A stretch of DNA of 64,000 bases from Octopus vulgaris (lineage: Eukaryota). Below are positions 13,311 through 27,934 of this stretch, piece by piece. The DNA is taken from positions 26,350,001 through 26,414,000 of the forward strand of contig OX597838.1 in assembly GCA_951406725.2 (NCBI GenBank), written 5' to 3'. The notes beneath the pieces were generated by a model. It made no database searches, was not told the DNA's origin, and worked only from the letters and a program-made list of their open reading frames with translations. The number at the start of each line of letters is the position of its first letter. Within the stretch, counting starts at the first letter, position 1. Made by a program: the position numbers and the translations under genes.

Positions 13311-14529
13311 CGCCCCACCACCGTATATATCTCTATGAGATATTTAGAAATGTAATATTTCTGATATATATATATATGCATGTATGTATATAAATACAAA
13401 CGCGAGAGAGTCTTTGAGGTTTAGAAGTTTACTTCGCCAATTCGCAGTTTCCGAGCTACATGCAACTGTGCAGCGCTTTGGACTCGGACTCCCGTATAGA
13501 TGCGTGGCCATTGAACTCAGGAAGAGCACAATTGTAGATCCATCAACGATTCCTCGGGCCGAGAACCAATCTGTTAAAGCCAATGCTGGTTAATAATTCC
13601 TCGCCAGTTTATATATCTCCCACTTAATTATAGATACAGAAAATTTTTCAGCATGCTCTCTATAACAATTAGGTGCAGTTCCAACACGAAAATACCTACC
13701 AACAATCCAGCCAGCCAGACAGATGAGGCAAGTAACGTAAAATTGATAGTATATGAAATTACCTGAAACATGCCAAATCGGACAAATGGTAAAAACATTA
13801 CATCGGTATCGCTGATGGTAAATTCAAACAACGAGCTTATAACTGAGTACATCGTTCAGATACTTCGATGCGAGGAATTCCACGATGCTAACCAGCTCCA
13901 TCTAGTAACTAAGAAACCATAACGCTGATTACAACATTAGATAGAGTGGGGGTTTTCAAATATCAAAGCCATACGACCGCAGATTATGGAATTTCAGGAT
14001 TTGGACAACAGAAAGTGCATATATATTGAATCAAGTTTGTAAAAAAATATCTCAAGTGAGATATTTGATTACATAGCTCCTCAATGAATGTGCGCCTTGG
14101 GCTGAACAACAGTATTTAAAGTAGCCCGACGTTTAATACTGCTTATATTTAAGTTTCCATCTGTTAGTAATACGCACATATACACACATATATATACATA
14201 CATACACACGCATATATTTATAAATATATCCCTGTGTGTGTCTATGTTTACTAAACATAAACGCAGACATACACAGGGATATACGCATGCACAAATAAAA
14301 ACACATGAAATAGGGATACAAAATAGCAGATTGTTAGTAAGGAGAGATACACAAAAAAGAAAGAAGAAAGAAAAGGACCACTGATGAGGTCACAGAAGTG
14401 TGACGAAAGAACTCTGGTCGAAATGCAATTAATATAAAATAAAGCTGAAGCAAGTGAACACCAAATATATAGTGTGTGTGTTTTCATTGGCTAAACTGGC
14501 AGCATGACCATCCCCAAATACAACATACA

Positions 14530-14609
<80 letters not shown>

Positions 14610-15332
14610 GGCATATTCAAGCGTGAATAAGCTTATCACTTTTTGTGTTTCATCGTGAGCAACGTCTCCTCTCAGACAAATGTATGCTCGAAAGAATCTG
14701 ATTCTGTGATGGCTGGTATTTCAACATCGATGTCCCTCGTCAGTCAAAGGCAATCGGTACAAGTGAAACTAACAAGGGTTCGTAATGCATGTTTATGTAT
14801 GCGTGTGTGTGTGTGTGTACACGCGTGTGTCTATGCGTGTGCATGTGTGTGTGTTTGCGTGTGTGCATGTGTGTGTGCACGTGTGTGTGTGTGTGTGCAC
14901 GTGTGTGTGTGTGTGTGTGTGCGTAGCCTAAAAGAACTAAAGCAAAACTGAAAACTAATTATGGTTTCAGATACTTCATTACGTACGTTTCAATAATCAA
15001 TAATGAAATCACTTAATGATCATGTCATCAGAAGATAAATTGAAACGTGAAACTCATTACTGTATTTTCATCCGAGAGATTCCTCCGACACGGTGTGTTG
15101 AAACTGAAACAATATTCATTCCATACATTTTTAGCCATTTTAAGAACCCACAAACGATAATGTATCTCCTTTCTATTTCTTTCTTTATAGCAATGTTTAT
15201 CATGGAATACAATTTCATGATAGATGAAATGATACTTCATAATAATTAGAAATAAACGGCGAATGAAAAGAAGAGATTAAGTGTTCTTAAAAGGCAATTA
15301 CACAATATATATATATATGCATGTATGTATGC

Positions 15333-15389
<57 letters not shown>

Positions 15390-15719
15390 TGTATGTATGC
15401 ATATACATATATATATATATGTATGTATACATATATATATATGTATATGTGTGTGTATATATATATATATATGCACACTCATACCTACATGCATATATGC
15501 ATGTACATACGTATGCACATATATGTATATAAGTATATGTCTGTGGGTACCCGTATGCGCGTTTATATATATATATATATTCATATATATATATACATAT
15601 GTGTGTATGTGTATGTATCTATGCATGCATGTATGTTTGTGTATGAATATGAATAAGTTTATATTGCGTGTGTGCATGTGTGTGTGCGCATACATATGTG
15701 CAGGTATACGTATATATGC

Positions 15720-15751
<32 letters not shown>

Positions 15752-15756
15752 GGTTA

Positions 15757-15791
<35 letters not shown>

Positions 15792-15825
15792 GGTTGTGTG
15801 TGTGTGTGTATATATATATATACGT

Positions 15826-15872
<47 letters not shown>

Positions 15873-15916
15873 AACATATACATATATAGAGAGACAGAGA
15901 AACAGAGAGAGTGCGT

Positions 15917-15956
<40 letters not shown>

Positions 15957-16141
15957 AAGATGCAAGCGCACATGCATACATGCAGGCCTTTAATTTACAC
16001 ACACACACACACTCATACACACAAACATGCAAATTGAAGTCCTACACACAAGCCTGCCCGAATATATATGTATGTTTGCGTATATATTTCAAATTCCTGT
16101 ATAACTCAATCAGCTTTCAATATACACTCACACACACACAG

Positions 16142-16190
<49 letters not shown>

Positions 16191-18328
16191 GATCGATATA
16201 AATACATACATGTGTGTATGTGTGTATAATTAGTTTCGATGTTCTTGCTCTTTCTTAACTGACAGGGGTACAGTGTTTCAACTAAACCCGTCTCTAAACA
16301 GCTGGGTGTCACCTTATTAGCTTTTGGGTATCCAGTTTGCTTTCTAGTAATTATACCGGGTGGATGCTGCTACCTTTGCTTTTGTTGTTGTTGTTGTTGT
16401 TGCTGCTTCTGATGATGTTTTTTTTGTTGTTGTTGTTTATGCTGTTCAGATTATGTAACCGTAATGTTAAAAAATAGAATGAGTTACGGTGTTTGGGTAG
16501 GGGTGCCGGGTGGCAATCGCAAGTAGTGGGTGGGGTAGTGTTCGAGTGTATGTGAACGCTGGCGTGGAGGGGGTATGGATGCTGAGGATGAAAGGGTGGG
16601 TGTAGAGTGCGAGAGATGCTGAAAGTAGGAATAGGTAGAGTGTATTCGTGTATGTGATGATGGGTGGGTAGCGGCTGGGAAATTGTGGTGGAACGGGTGT
16701 AAGTGGGGTAGATGAGTGGATGTAATGGGGTTGGAATGATTCTGATGGTGATGATGGTGGTGGTGAGTGGTAGTAGTAGTGATGCTAATAGTGGTGGAGG
16801 TGGTGGTGGTGGTGGTGGTTGTGAGTGTTGGTAGTAGTGATGTTGATAGTGGTGGAGGTGGTGGTGTTGATAGTGGTGGTGTTTGGTGGCGGTGGTGGTG
16901 GTGGTAGTAGTTAGTGGTAGTAGTTAGTGGTAGTAGTAGTGATGTTGGTGGTGGTGGTGTTGATGATGATGGTGGTGGTGGTGGTGGTGGTGGTGGTGGT
17001 GGTGGTGGTGGTGGTGGTGGTAGTGAGTGTTGGTAGTAGTGATGTTGATAGAGGAGGTGGTGGTGTTGATGGTGGTGGTGTTTGGTGGTGGTGGTGGTGG
17101 TGGTAGTGGTTAGTGGTAGTAGTAGTAGTGATGTTGGTGGTGGTGGTGGTGGTGTTGATGATGATGGTGGCAGTGGTGGTGCTGGTGGTGGTGAAGGTGT
17201 TGCTGGTGGTGGTGAGTGATGGTGGTAGTGGTGGTGGTGGTGGTGGTGGTGGTGGTGGTGGTGGTAGCTGCGAGTTAAAGTGTGAAATACAGGAGTTTAA
17301 AAGAAGAGGAGTATGGATGGAATGAACGGCAAATGATGGAGCAGAGAGAGAGAGAGAGAGATGGAGGGAGAGAGGGTGGAGAGAATGAAAGAGGATAGAG
17401 CGCGGAAAAGGAGGAGAACGAGGATGATGAAGACGAAGGGGAGGAAGTGAGATAGCATGTTAGAAAGAAGGAGAGAGGGGAAAAGAGTGCAGCGAGGGAG
17501 GAGGGGAGATGAAAAGAGACGTGGTGGGAGAAGAGAGAAAGGAAAGAATAAAGAGAAGAAGAAGAAGAAGAAGAAGGAGAAGAAGGAGAAGAAGAAGAAG
17601 AAGAAGAAGAAGAAGAAGAAGAAGAAGGAGAAAGAGAAGAAGAAGAAGAAGAAGTAGAAGGAGAAAGAGAAGAAGAAGTAGAAGGAGAAGGAGGAGAAGA
17701 AGAAGAAGAAGGAGAAAAAGAAGAAGACGAAGAAGAAGGAGGAGGAGGAGTGAGAACAGAATAAAGTGGTGGGGGGGAGAGAAATAATAACATAATGAGT
17801 TAGAGAAACAAAGATGACAGCCTCAGATGCGTGAGAAAAGGGAGAGAGAGAGGGAGGGAGGGAGAGAGAGAGCGAGAGGAGCGAAGAGGAGAGGAAGAAA
17901 GGAAAGAGGAGAATGTGAAAGATGAGGGGAAAGAAATAGAGATTAAGGAAGAGAAGATTACAGGAAGGGAGGGAGAGAGGGAGGCGTAAGGAACGGAAAA
18001 ACGAAATTGAGAAGGAAGGTAAGGTATGTGCGCGCGCATGTGAGTGTGTGTGTGGATGTGTGTGTATGTGTGTGCGCGGTGTGATTGTAACTGTGTGAGA
18101 GAATGTTTGTGCTTGCGTCTGTGTGCGAGTGTGTGTGTGTGTGTATGTGTGTGTGTGTGTTTGTGTGTGCGTACATGCAAAGGTGAAGAAGATTTTGTTA
18201 GACGATATTTCAAAAATACACGATATTGAAACATAGATTCGAGAAAAGATAGAGAGAAGGGATGTATCAGTTGATCTGCTTAGATAACTTGATGGGGAGG
18301 CAGCAAGACAGTGTACGTGTGTGTGTGT

Positions 18329-18399
<71 letters not shown>

Positions 18400-18421
18400 T
18401 ATACATATGTGTATATGTATT

Positions 18422-18457
<36 letters not shown>

Positions 18458-18462
18458 ATATG

Positions 18463-18519
<57 letters not shown>

Positions 18520-18673
18520 ATATGTATATATATGTATGTATATATACATACATACATACATACATACATACATACATACATACATAAATATATGATTGAT
18601 TGATTGATTCTAGTTTCAGCTCATGAGCTGTGGCCATGCTGGGGCACATATATATATATATTTTTTTTTTTTC

Positions 18674-18998
18674 TCTAGTTTCAGTTCAGAGCTGCGGCCA
18701 TGCTGATGCACCGCCGTTTCGTGCTACACTGTTATTGCGAAGAACCTCGTCTAATATGTGGCACTTGGGGAAGAATGGAGTTTGATACAGCTACTCTCAT
18801 TTGCACCTCTTGCCGTGAGGTAGGTTCCTCTGGGACTCTCGACAGGAAGATGTCCAGCTTTGATTTAAAAACCGCTACATCTACTTTGTGCAAGTTCCTC
18901 AGACTCTTTGGGAGAATATTAAAAAGCTGTGGGCCCTTGAAACCCATGCTGTTGCAGAAGCTGGTCCTGAAGCGTGATGACATTGCTGGGATCTTTGG
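18674..18998 (-). mobile_element. CR1-group LINE 3' fragment (partner candidate for SINE A); short extra tail copy at 18610-18647
   Basis: GPQLFNILPKSLRNL...FKSKLDIFLSRVPEEP C-terminus, followed by 3'UTR ggcggtgcatcagcatggccgcagctctgaactgaaac. Confidence 0.8.
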
Positions 18999-19060
18999 CA
19001 TATATATACGTTTATATATTTGTTGTGCAAGATTTTTATATATATATATATACATATATA

Positions 19061-19278
19061 TAGTAATCCCTCGACTATTGCGGGTGTTACGTTCCAAAAC
19101 CCGCCGCGATAGGTGAAAATCCGCGAAGTAGAAACAGTACGGTGTATTTCATTTTTATTATTTTTATAATTTGTATATATCTATTCTTTTATAAATGCAA
19201 AACAACACCACGGAGGAATCGACGTAAGCTTAAATAATAAACCGCGATAGGTGAACGCGATATGGCGAGAGATTACTG
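19061..19278. mobile_element. Tigger/pogo-like MITE
   Basis: Ends agtaatccctcg / cgagagattact(g), TA-flanked, with internal repeated ccgcgataggtgaa. Confidence 0.7.
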
Positions 19279-19378
19279 TATATATATATAGTTGAAATTT
19301 ATAGAGAAACAAAAGACGAAGACAGGTGTATTAACAACTAGTAGATATATATTTTGACGCTCGGGAAAATGAAAAAGT

Positions 19379-19414
19379 CTTTTACGTTTCGAGCCTATGC
19401 TCTTCAACAGAAAA
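19379..19414 (-). ncRNA. Hammerhead-like motif in a Penelope-like 3' end (about 19291-19470)
   Basis: Minus strand: tttt-CTGTTGA-a-gagc(atag)gctc-GAAA-cgta-aaag. Confidence 0.7.
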
Positions 19415-19482
19415 AAATACGGAATATGAAAGTTCAAAAAGTTCAGAAGTCGTGGTAGAGTGGCACGATTTATATATATATA

Positions 19483-20000
<518 letters not shown>

Positions 20001-20125
20001 TGCGCTGATATACAAATATATATATTTATTTATTTTCACTTATAATAGTAATGAAAAAAAAAATTACGCTAATCTCTGCTACTCTATACTTTTGAACAGT
20101 ATATATGCATGTGTATATATATATG

Positions 20126-20158
<33 letters not shown>

Positions 20159-20634
20159 AGGTAGATAGATGGATAGATAAATAGACAGACAGGCAGACAG
20201 ATAGATAGACAGATAGATAGGTAGATAGATAGACAGACAGACAGACAGACTGATAGATAGATAGATAGATAGATTCATATCTTTATATATATTTACATAT
20301 ATATATATTCATTTATATTTTTACTGGTCTCAATCATTGGCCTACGGCTATGGAGTCCCGCCTCCAAGGACTGCAGTAGTCGATCACATCGACCCCACCT
20401 CCGCTACTTATTTCAGTCAGGTACTTGTTTTATCGACATCTGTTTATCCAATGGCTCTGTAGCCTGTTGAAGTAAAAAAATAAAGAAAAAAACTTGAAGT
20501 ACTGGAATACGCTGTTATACAAATATATACACACACATATGAATAAATTTGTGTGTATGTGTCAGTTTGTAAAATATGTGTGTGTGTGTGTGTATGTGAA
20601 CTTGTGTGCAAGTATATATATGTGTGTGTGTGTC

Positions 20635-20667
<33 letters not shown>

Positions 20668-21035
20668 ATTAAAAAAACATATGCATATACGACGAGATTT
20701 CAAGTGCTTCGTCTAATAAATCCTATTCAGAACGTATTGACCAATCAGATGCTACAATAGAAAACAGATTCCCAATGCGCTGCACAATGGTATCGACCTC
20801 GGAACCCCGTGGTTAGCGATACGGCTATGCCTTCACCTTTCCATGTATATTTCTGTGCCTTTATGAGTGTGCGTGGTTGTGTTTGTGTGTGCGCGTGTGC
20901 TCGTCATTTTGACCCCGAAAGGCGGAAAGGCAAAAATCGACCTCGGCGGAATTTGAACTCAGAACGTAATGACAGACGAAATATCGCTAAGCATTTTGGA
21001 CCGGCGTGCTAACGTTTTCGCCAGCTAGCCTCCTT

Positions 21036-21078
<43 letters not shown>

Positions 21079-21089
21079 ATTTTGAATTT

Positions 21090-21335
21090 GAAGGAAAATT
21101 AGAATCCATACTCAAACCCAAACAAGCTAATCGTAAATCAAAACGCAACCAGAATGATATTATCATGTGGTTTAATCCGCTCTACATCCTAAATCCAGCG
21201 ACACATGTGATAAGACACTTCCTAGTGATATCCATCTAACACTTTGCAAGCAATCATAAATATCACAAGCAATTCAAGTGGATAACACAAAAGTTAGCTA
21301 GTTTCGCAAGAATCGATAATGCGCCATCCAAAGTA
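21090..21335 (+). pseudogene. Penelope-like element ORF remnant (RT-endonuclease linker region)
   Basis: KRNQNDIIMWFNPLY..NPATHV.RHFL....HF..NHKYHKQF resembles the R.IIWFNPP(Y/F)..NV.TNIG..FL.L...HFP..H..HK.F motif of PLE proteins. Confidence 0.65.
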
Positions 21336-21354
21336 GGAAATGTTTAATGAAATA

Positions 21355-21511
21355 AGGAGTGGCTGTGTGGTAAGTAGCTTGCTAACCCACCACATGGTTC
21401 TGGGTTCAATCCCACTGCGTGGCATCTTGGGCAAGTGTCTTCTGCTATAGCCCCGGGCCGACCAATGCCTTGTGAGTGGATTTGGTAGACGGAAACTGAA
21501 AGAAGCCTGTC

Positions 21512-21579
<68 letters not shown>

Positions 21580-21775
21580 TTGTCCCCCTAGCATTGCTTG
21601 ACAACCGATGCTGGTGTGTTTACGTCCCCGTCACTTAGCGGTTCGGCAAAAGAGACCGATAGAATAAGTACTGGGCTTACAAAGAATAAGTCCCGGGGTC
21701 GATTTGCTCGACTAAAGGCGGTACTCCAGCATGGCCGCGGTGAAATGACTGAAACAAGTAAAAGAGTAAAGAGTA
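21355..21775 (+). mobile_element. SINE family A
   Basis: Full-length match with internal (TA)n. Confidence 0.9.
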
Positions 21776-21954
21776 ATCTATAAGGCAAGAGCACTGCAAG
21801 AGGGATAAACCCTCAAAATCTACCTCTGGTTACATAGTGGGTGAGTCAAAGCAATATCATGCGTGCAACATTCTGAAATGTTTCCGTATTTTCCGTTTGA
21901 TACCTTTATTCTACAATAGCCTTACCGCCGAAAATCATTTTGAGCTTAGCTGTT

Positions 21955-22152
21955 CACAACACCGCGATGATCTTCATAGCGCACATCTTCACAACAGTGA
22001 CCTTCGCAACCGTGACCTTCACAGCAATGACCTTCACAGCCATAATCTTTACAGCCATTTTGTTCACAGCGATAACTTTCTAAACTGAAGACTTTCACAG
22101 TAATGACCTTTCGCGGCAGTGATCTTTTATAGCAAAGCTTTTCGCAACGATC
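21955..22152. repeat. Degenerate 15-bp minisatellite (consensus about gaccttcacagcaat), about 13 units
   Basis: Periodic cttcacag/cttcgcaa motifs every 15-16 nt. Confidence 0.8.
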
Positions 22153-22167
22153 TATGCCTCTTATCTG

Positions 22168-22420
22168 TGGAGGCGCGTGGCTTAGTGGTTAGGATGTCAG
22201 CACCATGATCGTAAGATTGTGGTTTCGATTCCTGGACCGGGTGACAGGTTGTGTTCTTGAGCAAAACACTTCGTTTTACGTTGCTCCACTCCACTCCACT
22301 CCACTCAGCTGGCAAAAATGAGTAACGCTGCGATGGACTGGCGTCCCGTCCAGCTGGGGAACACATACGCCATAGAAACCGGATCCATGAGCCTGGTTAG
22401 GCTTTAAAAGGGCGCATTTA
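22168..22420 (+). mobile_element. tRNA-derived SINE family C (V-domain-like core)
   Basis: ggcgcgtggcttagtggttagg box A, ggtttcgattcc box B, and tgcgatggactggcgtcccgtccag core. Confidence 0.8.
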
Positions 22421-23051
22421 TTATTTTTTATTATTATGCCTCTTGTACTCTATCACTACTAACACCACTATAGATAGAAAGATTCTGACATTGTTGTATT
22501 GCCCTTTACCTTCAGATCAACTCTGATCTAACAGACCTATGATCAAAGGATTTCCAACCGTGACCATCAACCCTTTGTGCTAAGCATGATATATCTAGTA
22601 TTGCGTTAACTAGATCCTTTTTTTTCATAACTTTTATTATCATATTTATTATTTGGAAATAATCAAGAACTTGCAGAAATTTGGTAAAATCCACCCATCC
22701 ATTTTCGCCGTGCATTGTTTCTGGTAGGATCTTTGGAGAGGGTGTAGATTTCTCAGGCACCTCATTCATAAGGTCCTCTCTGGAGCAGCCGTTATTTGGT
22801 AAAATATATTACGTTTTACATAATTTAGATCTTGAGGTTGATGGATTGGCAGGTTCTACCGTCTTCATCAGACAGGCTGCATCCAAGATATCTCCTTAGG
22901 ATCCTTAAAATGACCCCAAGGAGAACTCTTGGTTGCAGCCTGTCTGTTTTCTTGTACTCCCTCATAGCAGGTTGCGGCTCTAAACTAATTATGTTGTTTG
23001 TTGCACATGTCGTCATCAAGGTTTAACTCACCTGTTTATACTAGCTTAAAG

Positions 23052-23112
23052 TTTTATCTGAAGAAGGTGGATTATATGCAATGATGTAAGCTCTGAAACA
23101 GCTATCGAAAAT
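23052..23112 (+). ncRNA. Degenerate hammerhead-like motif, probable Penelope-like 3' end
   Basis: CTGAAGA (23058-23064) ... GAAA-cagctat, one substitution away from palindromic acagctgt; microsatellite about 30 nt downstream. Confidence 0.45.
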
Positions 23113-23148
23113 TCTACACCCCATTTGTTCTTCTTTATACATACATAC

Positions 23149-23186
<38 letters not shown>

Positions 23187-23220
23187 GGTAAAAATTGGAA
23201 AGGACATATACATATCTATA

Positions 23221-23292
<72 letters not shown>

Positions 23293-23354
23293 TATGTATA
23301 TGTATATACACGCATACACACACATATATATATATATACATATATATGTATACA

Positions 23355-23519
23355 CGTCAGGCTTCTTTCAGTTTCCGTCTACCAAATCCCCTCACGAGGC
23401 TTTGATCGGCCCGAGGCTATATTAGAAGACACTTGCCCAAGGTGCCACGCAGCGGGACTGAACCCGGAACCATGTGGTTAGGATGCAAGCTTCTTACCAC
23501 ACAGCCACACACGCCCGAT

Positions 23520-23569
<50 letters not shown>

Positions 23570-23692
23570 TAGTTTTCATAGGTCGGTCCGAGGCTATAGC
23601 AAAAGACACCTGCCCAAGATAACGCGGAGTAGGACTGAACCTGAAACCACGTAGTTGCAGAGCGAGTCTTCTTAACCACACAGCTATTCCTA
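23355..23692 (-). mobile_element. Two partial SINE family A heads
   Basis: Match to the 5' half of family A. Confidence 0.8.
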
Positions 23693-24026
23693 TATCTTGA
23701 CATTGATGATATTGTTGTTGCTGTTCGCACCAACACAATTTGGCCGTTCTCCAAGACATTCAAAAGCTAACGAGCAAGAACCAAAACACCAGAAACCGAA
23801 AACTGGCTTATATATTCTTTCACCCAAGCAATTTTGTTTCTGCTGCTGCTACTACTACTACTACTGCTGCTTCTACTGCTGTTGTTGTTGTTGCTGTTCT
23901 TGGTATTGTTGTCGTCGTACTTGATGTTGCGGTTGTCTTTAATAGTGCTGTATTGGTTTTTGTTGTTGTTGTTGATGTTGTCGTCGACTTTGTGGCAGTT
24001 GTTGTTATTACATTGATTGTTGTAAA

Positions 24027-24545
24027 GGGCGGCGAGCTGGAAGAAACGTTAGCACTTAATCCCTTTGTCTGTCCTTGTCTGTCCCCTCTATGATTAGCTC
24101 CTTATGGGCAATAAAGAAATAAGAATCGTTAGCACGCCGGGCGAAATGCTTAGCAGTGCTTCGGCTGTCGCTACGTTCTGAGTTCAAATTCCGCCGAGGC
24201 CGACTTTGCCTTTCATTCTTTCGGGGGTCGAGAAATTAAGTACCAGTTACGCACTGGGGTCGATGTAATCGACCTAATCCCTTTGTCTGTCCTTGTTTGT
24301 CTCCTCTATGTTTAGCCCCTTGTGGGCAATAAAGAAATAAGAATCGTTAGTACGCCGGCGAAATGCTTAGTGGTGCTTCGGCCGTCGTTACGTTCTGAGT
24401 TCGAATTCCGCCGAGGTCAACTTTGACTTTCATCCTTTCAGGGGTCGATAAATTAAGTACCAGTGAAATACTGAGGTCGATGTAATCAACTAGTCCCCTC
24501 CCCCAGAATTTAAGACCTTTCTGCCTTTAGTAGAAAGGGTTATAT
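24027..24545 (+). mobile_element. SINE family B, trimeric (first unit internally deleted)
   Basis: Units restart at aatcgttag (about 24124 and 24342). Flanks attgattgttgt / attaattgttgt. Confidence 0.85.
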
Positions 24546-25198
24546 TAATTGTTGTTGTTCGTGTTGTCGCTAGTGTGCTTCTTGTGGGTACGTTTGTTGT
24601 GGTTTTTATCGTTGGTAGTTGTTGTTGTTGCTGCTGCTGCTGTTGTTGTTGTTTTTACTGCTGCTGCTGTTAGTTGCTATGGTTTGGAAGTGGACGTGGT
24701 AGTTGTAGTGGTGGTGGTGTTGGCGGTGGTCGTCGTGTTGGCGGCGGCGGTGGTCGTGGTTTTGATAGCTGTTCTTGGTTGCGTTGCTGATCTTCTTGCT
24801 GTTGTTGTTATTGTTGTTGTTGTTGCTTTTTAACCCTAGGTCAACGCTGATTGACCACAGCTGTTCAAGAAATGACCATCACCCTTTTTTTTAATTTTCT
24901 TTTTTTTTCATACCAGCGACCGCATTGATCGAAACTAACACTTCTTTATTTAAGGCTGTTGCGTGTATTTTTGAGGAACATTTGGTTGCCATTTCTAGCA
25001 AGTACAACGCCCATGCTGAGGTCTTCCCGTTGGCTCAAACGACCGCAAAGACACACCTTTGTGGGACGGTGTCAGAGGTGGTGGTTGTGGTGGTGGTGGT
25101 GCTGCTGCTGATGCTTCTGATGCAGCTGCTGCTTCTGATGCTGCTGCTGCTTCTGATGCTGCTGCTGCTTCTGATGATGATGATGATGATGATGTTGT

Positions 25199-25236
<38 letters not shown>

Positions 25237-25237
25237 T

Positions 25238-25314
<77 letters not shown>

Positions 25315-25653
25315 TCGATGATGACGATGATGATGATGTTGGTGTTGGTGATAGTGGGTTTATTGACGGGAATGATTGCGTTTATGAAAGTTGTGATATT
25401 GATTGTCTTGATGATGAGGAGCAAGGTGATGATGTTTGCTATGGTAGTAGTAGTAGTAGTAGGGGTGGCGGTGGTGGTGATGTTAGTAGTAGTTGTACTA
25501 GTAGGGGTGGTGGTGGTGGTAGTGAGGCGGAGAAGGAGGAGGTGGGTGGCGGTGGTGGTCGTCGTCGTCATGATAAAAGATAATGGTGATAATAATGATG
25601 ATGATGACTATGACGATGATAATGATGTATATTAGTCTACTTCATTTAACGTG

Positions 25654-25759
<106 letters not shown>

Positions 25760-25835
25760 TATACGTATATGCATCTATACATATGTATATACATATATTC
25801 ATACGCATATATGCATACATACACACACACATACA

Positions 25836-25904
<69 letters not shown>

Positions 25905-26196
25905 GAGTATTGGCGGCGGGTTTGGGTGGGCAGAGGTAGGTTAGGTGGAAGGAGAGGGAGGGGTCTAGAAAAATGGAGTGCTCGGTGGGGCGTAAATAAG
26001 TAATTAGACAGGTAAGCTAATCAAAGTTGCCTACATCTGGTTTGTAGTTATTTACAGGTAACATCGCCAACATTAGTCGAACATCAAACACGCTGAACAT
26101 CTATGGTGAATTTAAGATGGCGCTGTCGAAAATAAACTGTTCCAATTGCAGAGTATAATAAGGATTATTGCTGTCTCTCAACCCTCCTCCAGCTCC

Positions 26197-26330
<134 letters not shown>

Positions 26331-27024
26331 GTCTGTCTATCTATCTATCTGTCTATCTATCTATCTATCTATCTTTCTATCTATCTATCTGTCTGTCTGT
26401 CTGTCTGTCTGTCTGCCTGTGCCTGTCTGTCTGTGTGTCTGTCTGTTTATTTATTTGTCTGCGTCTGTTTATCTCTAACGTATCTAACCAGCTTTTTTTA
26501 TCTGTTTATCTATCCCCACCCGAGCTCCCTTTCTCTCTCTCTCTGTCTCTCTCTTTCTCTCTCTTCTTTTCTCTCTCTCTCCTTTTCTCTCTCTCTCTTT
26601 ACGCGCGCACGCACACACACACACACGTATGTGTATGTATATATGTGTATATATATATATATATGTGTATATATATATACTCAAACAGGCAACCAAATAC
26701 TCATACATACACATGTAAATAATATATACTATATATGTATATTTACACACACACATATCTATACATATATAGTACATATACACATACATACATACGCTTA
26801 ACTATTCTCTATCTATCTATCTATATCTGTCTGTCTGTCTAACTATCCATATCTATCTATCAATCTATCTATTTTTTTTATCCCCCCCTTTTTTGTCCTC
26901 TTTCTTTCCATTTACGATCCCTTTTGATCGAAAGCCAAACCCCCTTCTTTTACCCCCAAAAGAAAAGCTCTACCTTGTAATTTTGTCCTGTCTGTGTGCA
27001 GCCTGTGTGGCTAATAAAGAAACA

Positions 27025-27067
<43 letters not shown>

Positions 27068-27071
27068 TATA

Positions 27072-27116
<45 letters not shown>

Positions 27117-27138
27117 ACTATCTATATCTGTCTGTCCG

Positions 27139-27174
<36 letters not shown>

Positions 27175-27196
27175 ACTATCTATATCTGTCTGTCCG

Positions 27197-27260
<64 letters not shown>

Positions 27261-27282
27261 ACTATCTATATCTTTCTGTCCG

Positions 27283-27318
<36 letters not shown>

Positions 27319-27340
27319 ACTATCTATATATGTCTGTCCG

Positions 27341-27411
<71 letters not shown>

Positions 27412-27878
27412 GTTTATCTATCTGTCTGTCTGTCTATCTGTCTCTATCAAGCTATTTTTCTTTTGCAAAATAGAGAACTGTGGATGATGTTGACGAGGAT
27501 AAGGACGATGACGATGACGATGACTACGACCTCGACGACGACGACGATGATGATGATGACGATGATGACGATGATGACGATGATGGTAATGGAAGATGAA
27601 ATTGATTACCATTTAACAATATGCCCCAAAGAAATAAGCAAAGAAATACGACATGTGCAAGAATCAACACACAATTTTCGCGACAAACTCGCCATCTTGT
27701 CCTTGTGTAATACTTGGAAACCAATTAACTCGCCGTCGCTCTCTCTTTCCCTCTCACTCCCTGACTCTCCCTCTCTCTGTTCCCCTCAATCTCTTTATTC
27801 CATTTGTCTCCGTCTCTCTTTCTCTCTCTCTCTTTCTCACACACACACACACACACGCATAATGTAACATGTCTGTAT

Positions 27879-27934
<56 letters not shown>

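Noticed and set aside
22168-22250. tRNA gene candidates (also the heads of SINE A and B, and 57841)
   Set aside because: Box A/B are present, but there is no intact cloverleaf and each continues into a SINE body
24925-25635. Long poly-Met / poly-Asp / poly-Val ORFs (likewise 17275-18649, 46566-47216, 61421-62203)
   Set aside because: Trinucleotide repeat fields open in several frames on both strands, with no splice or domain evidence
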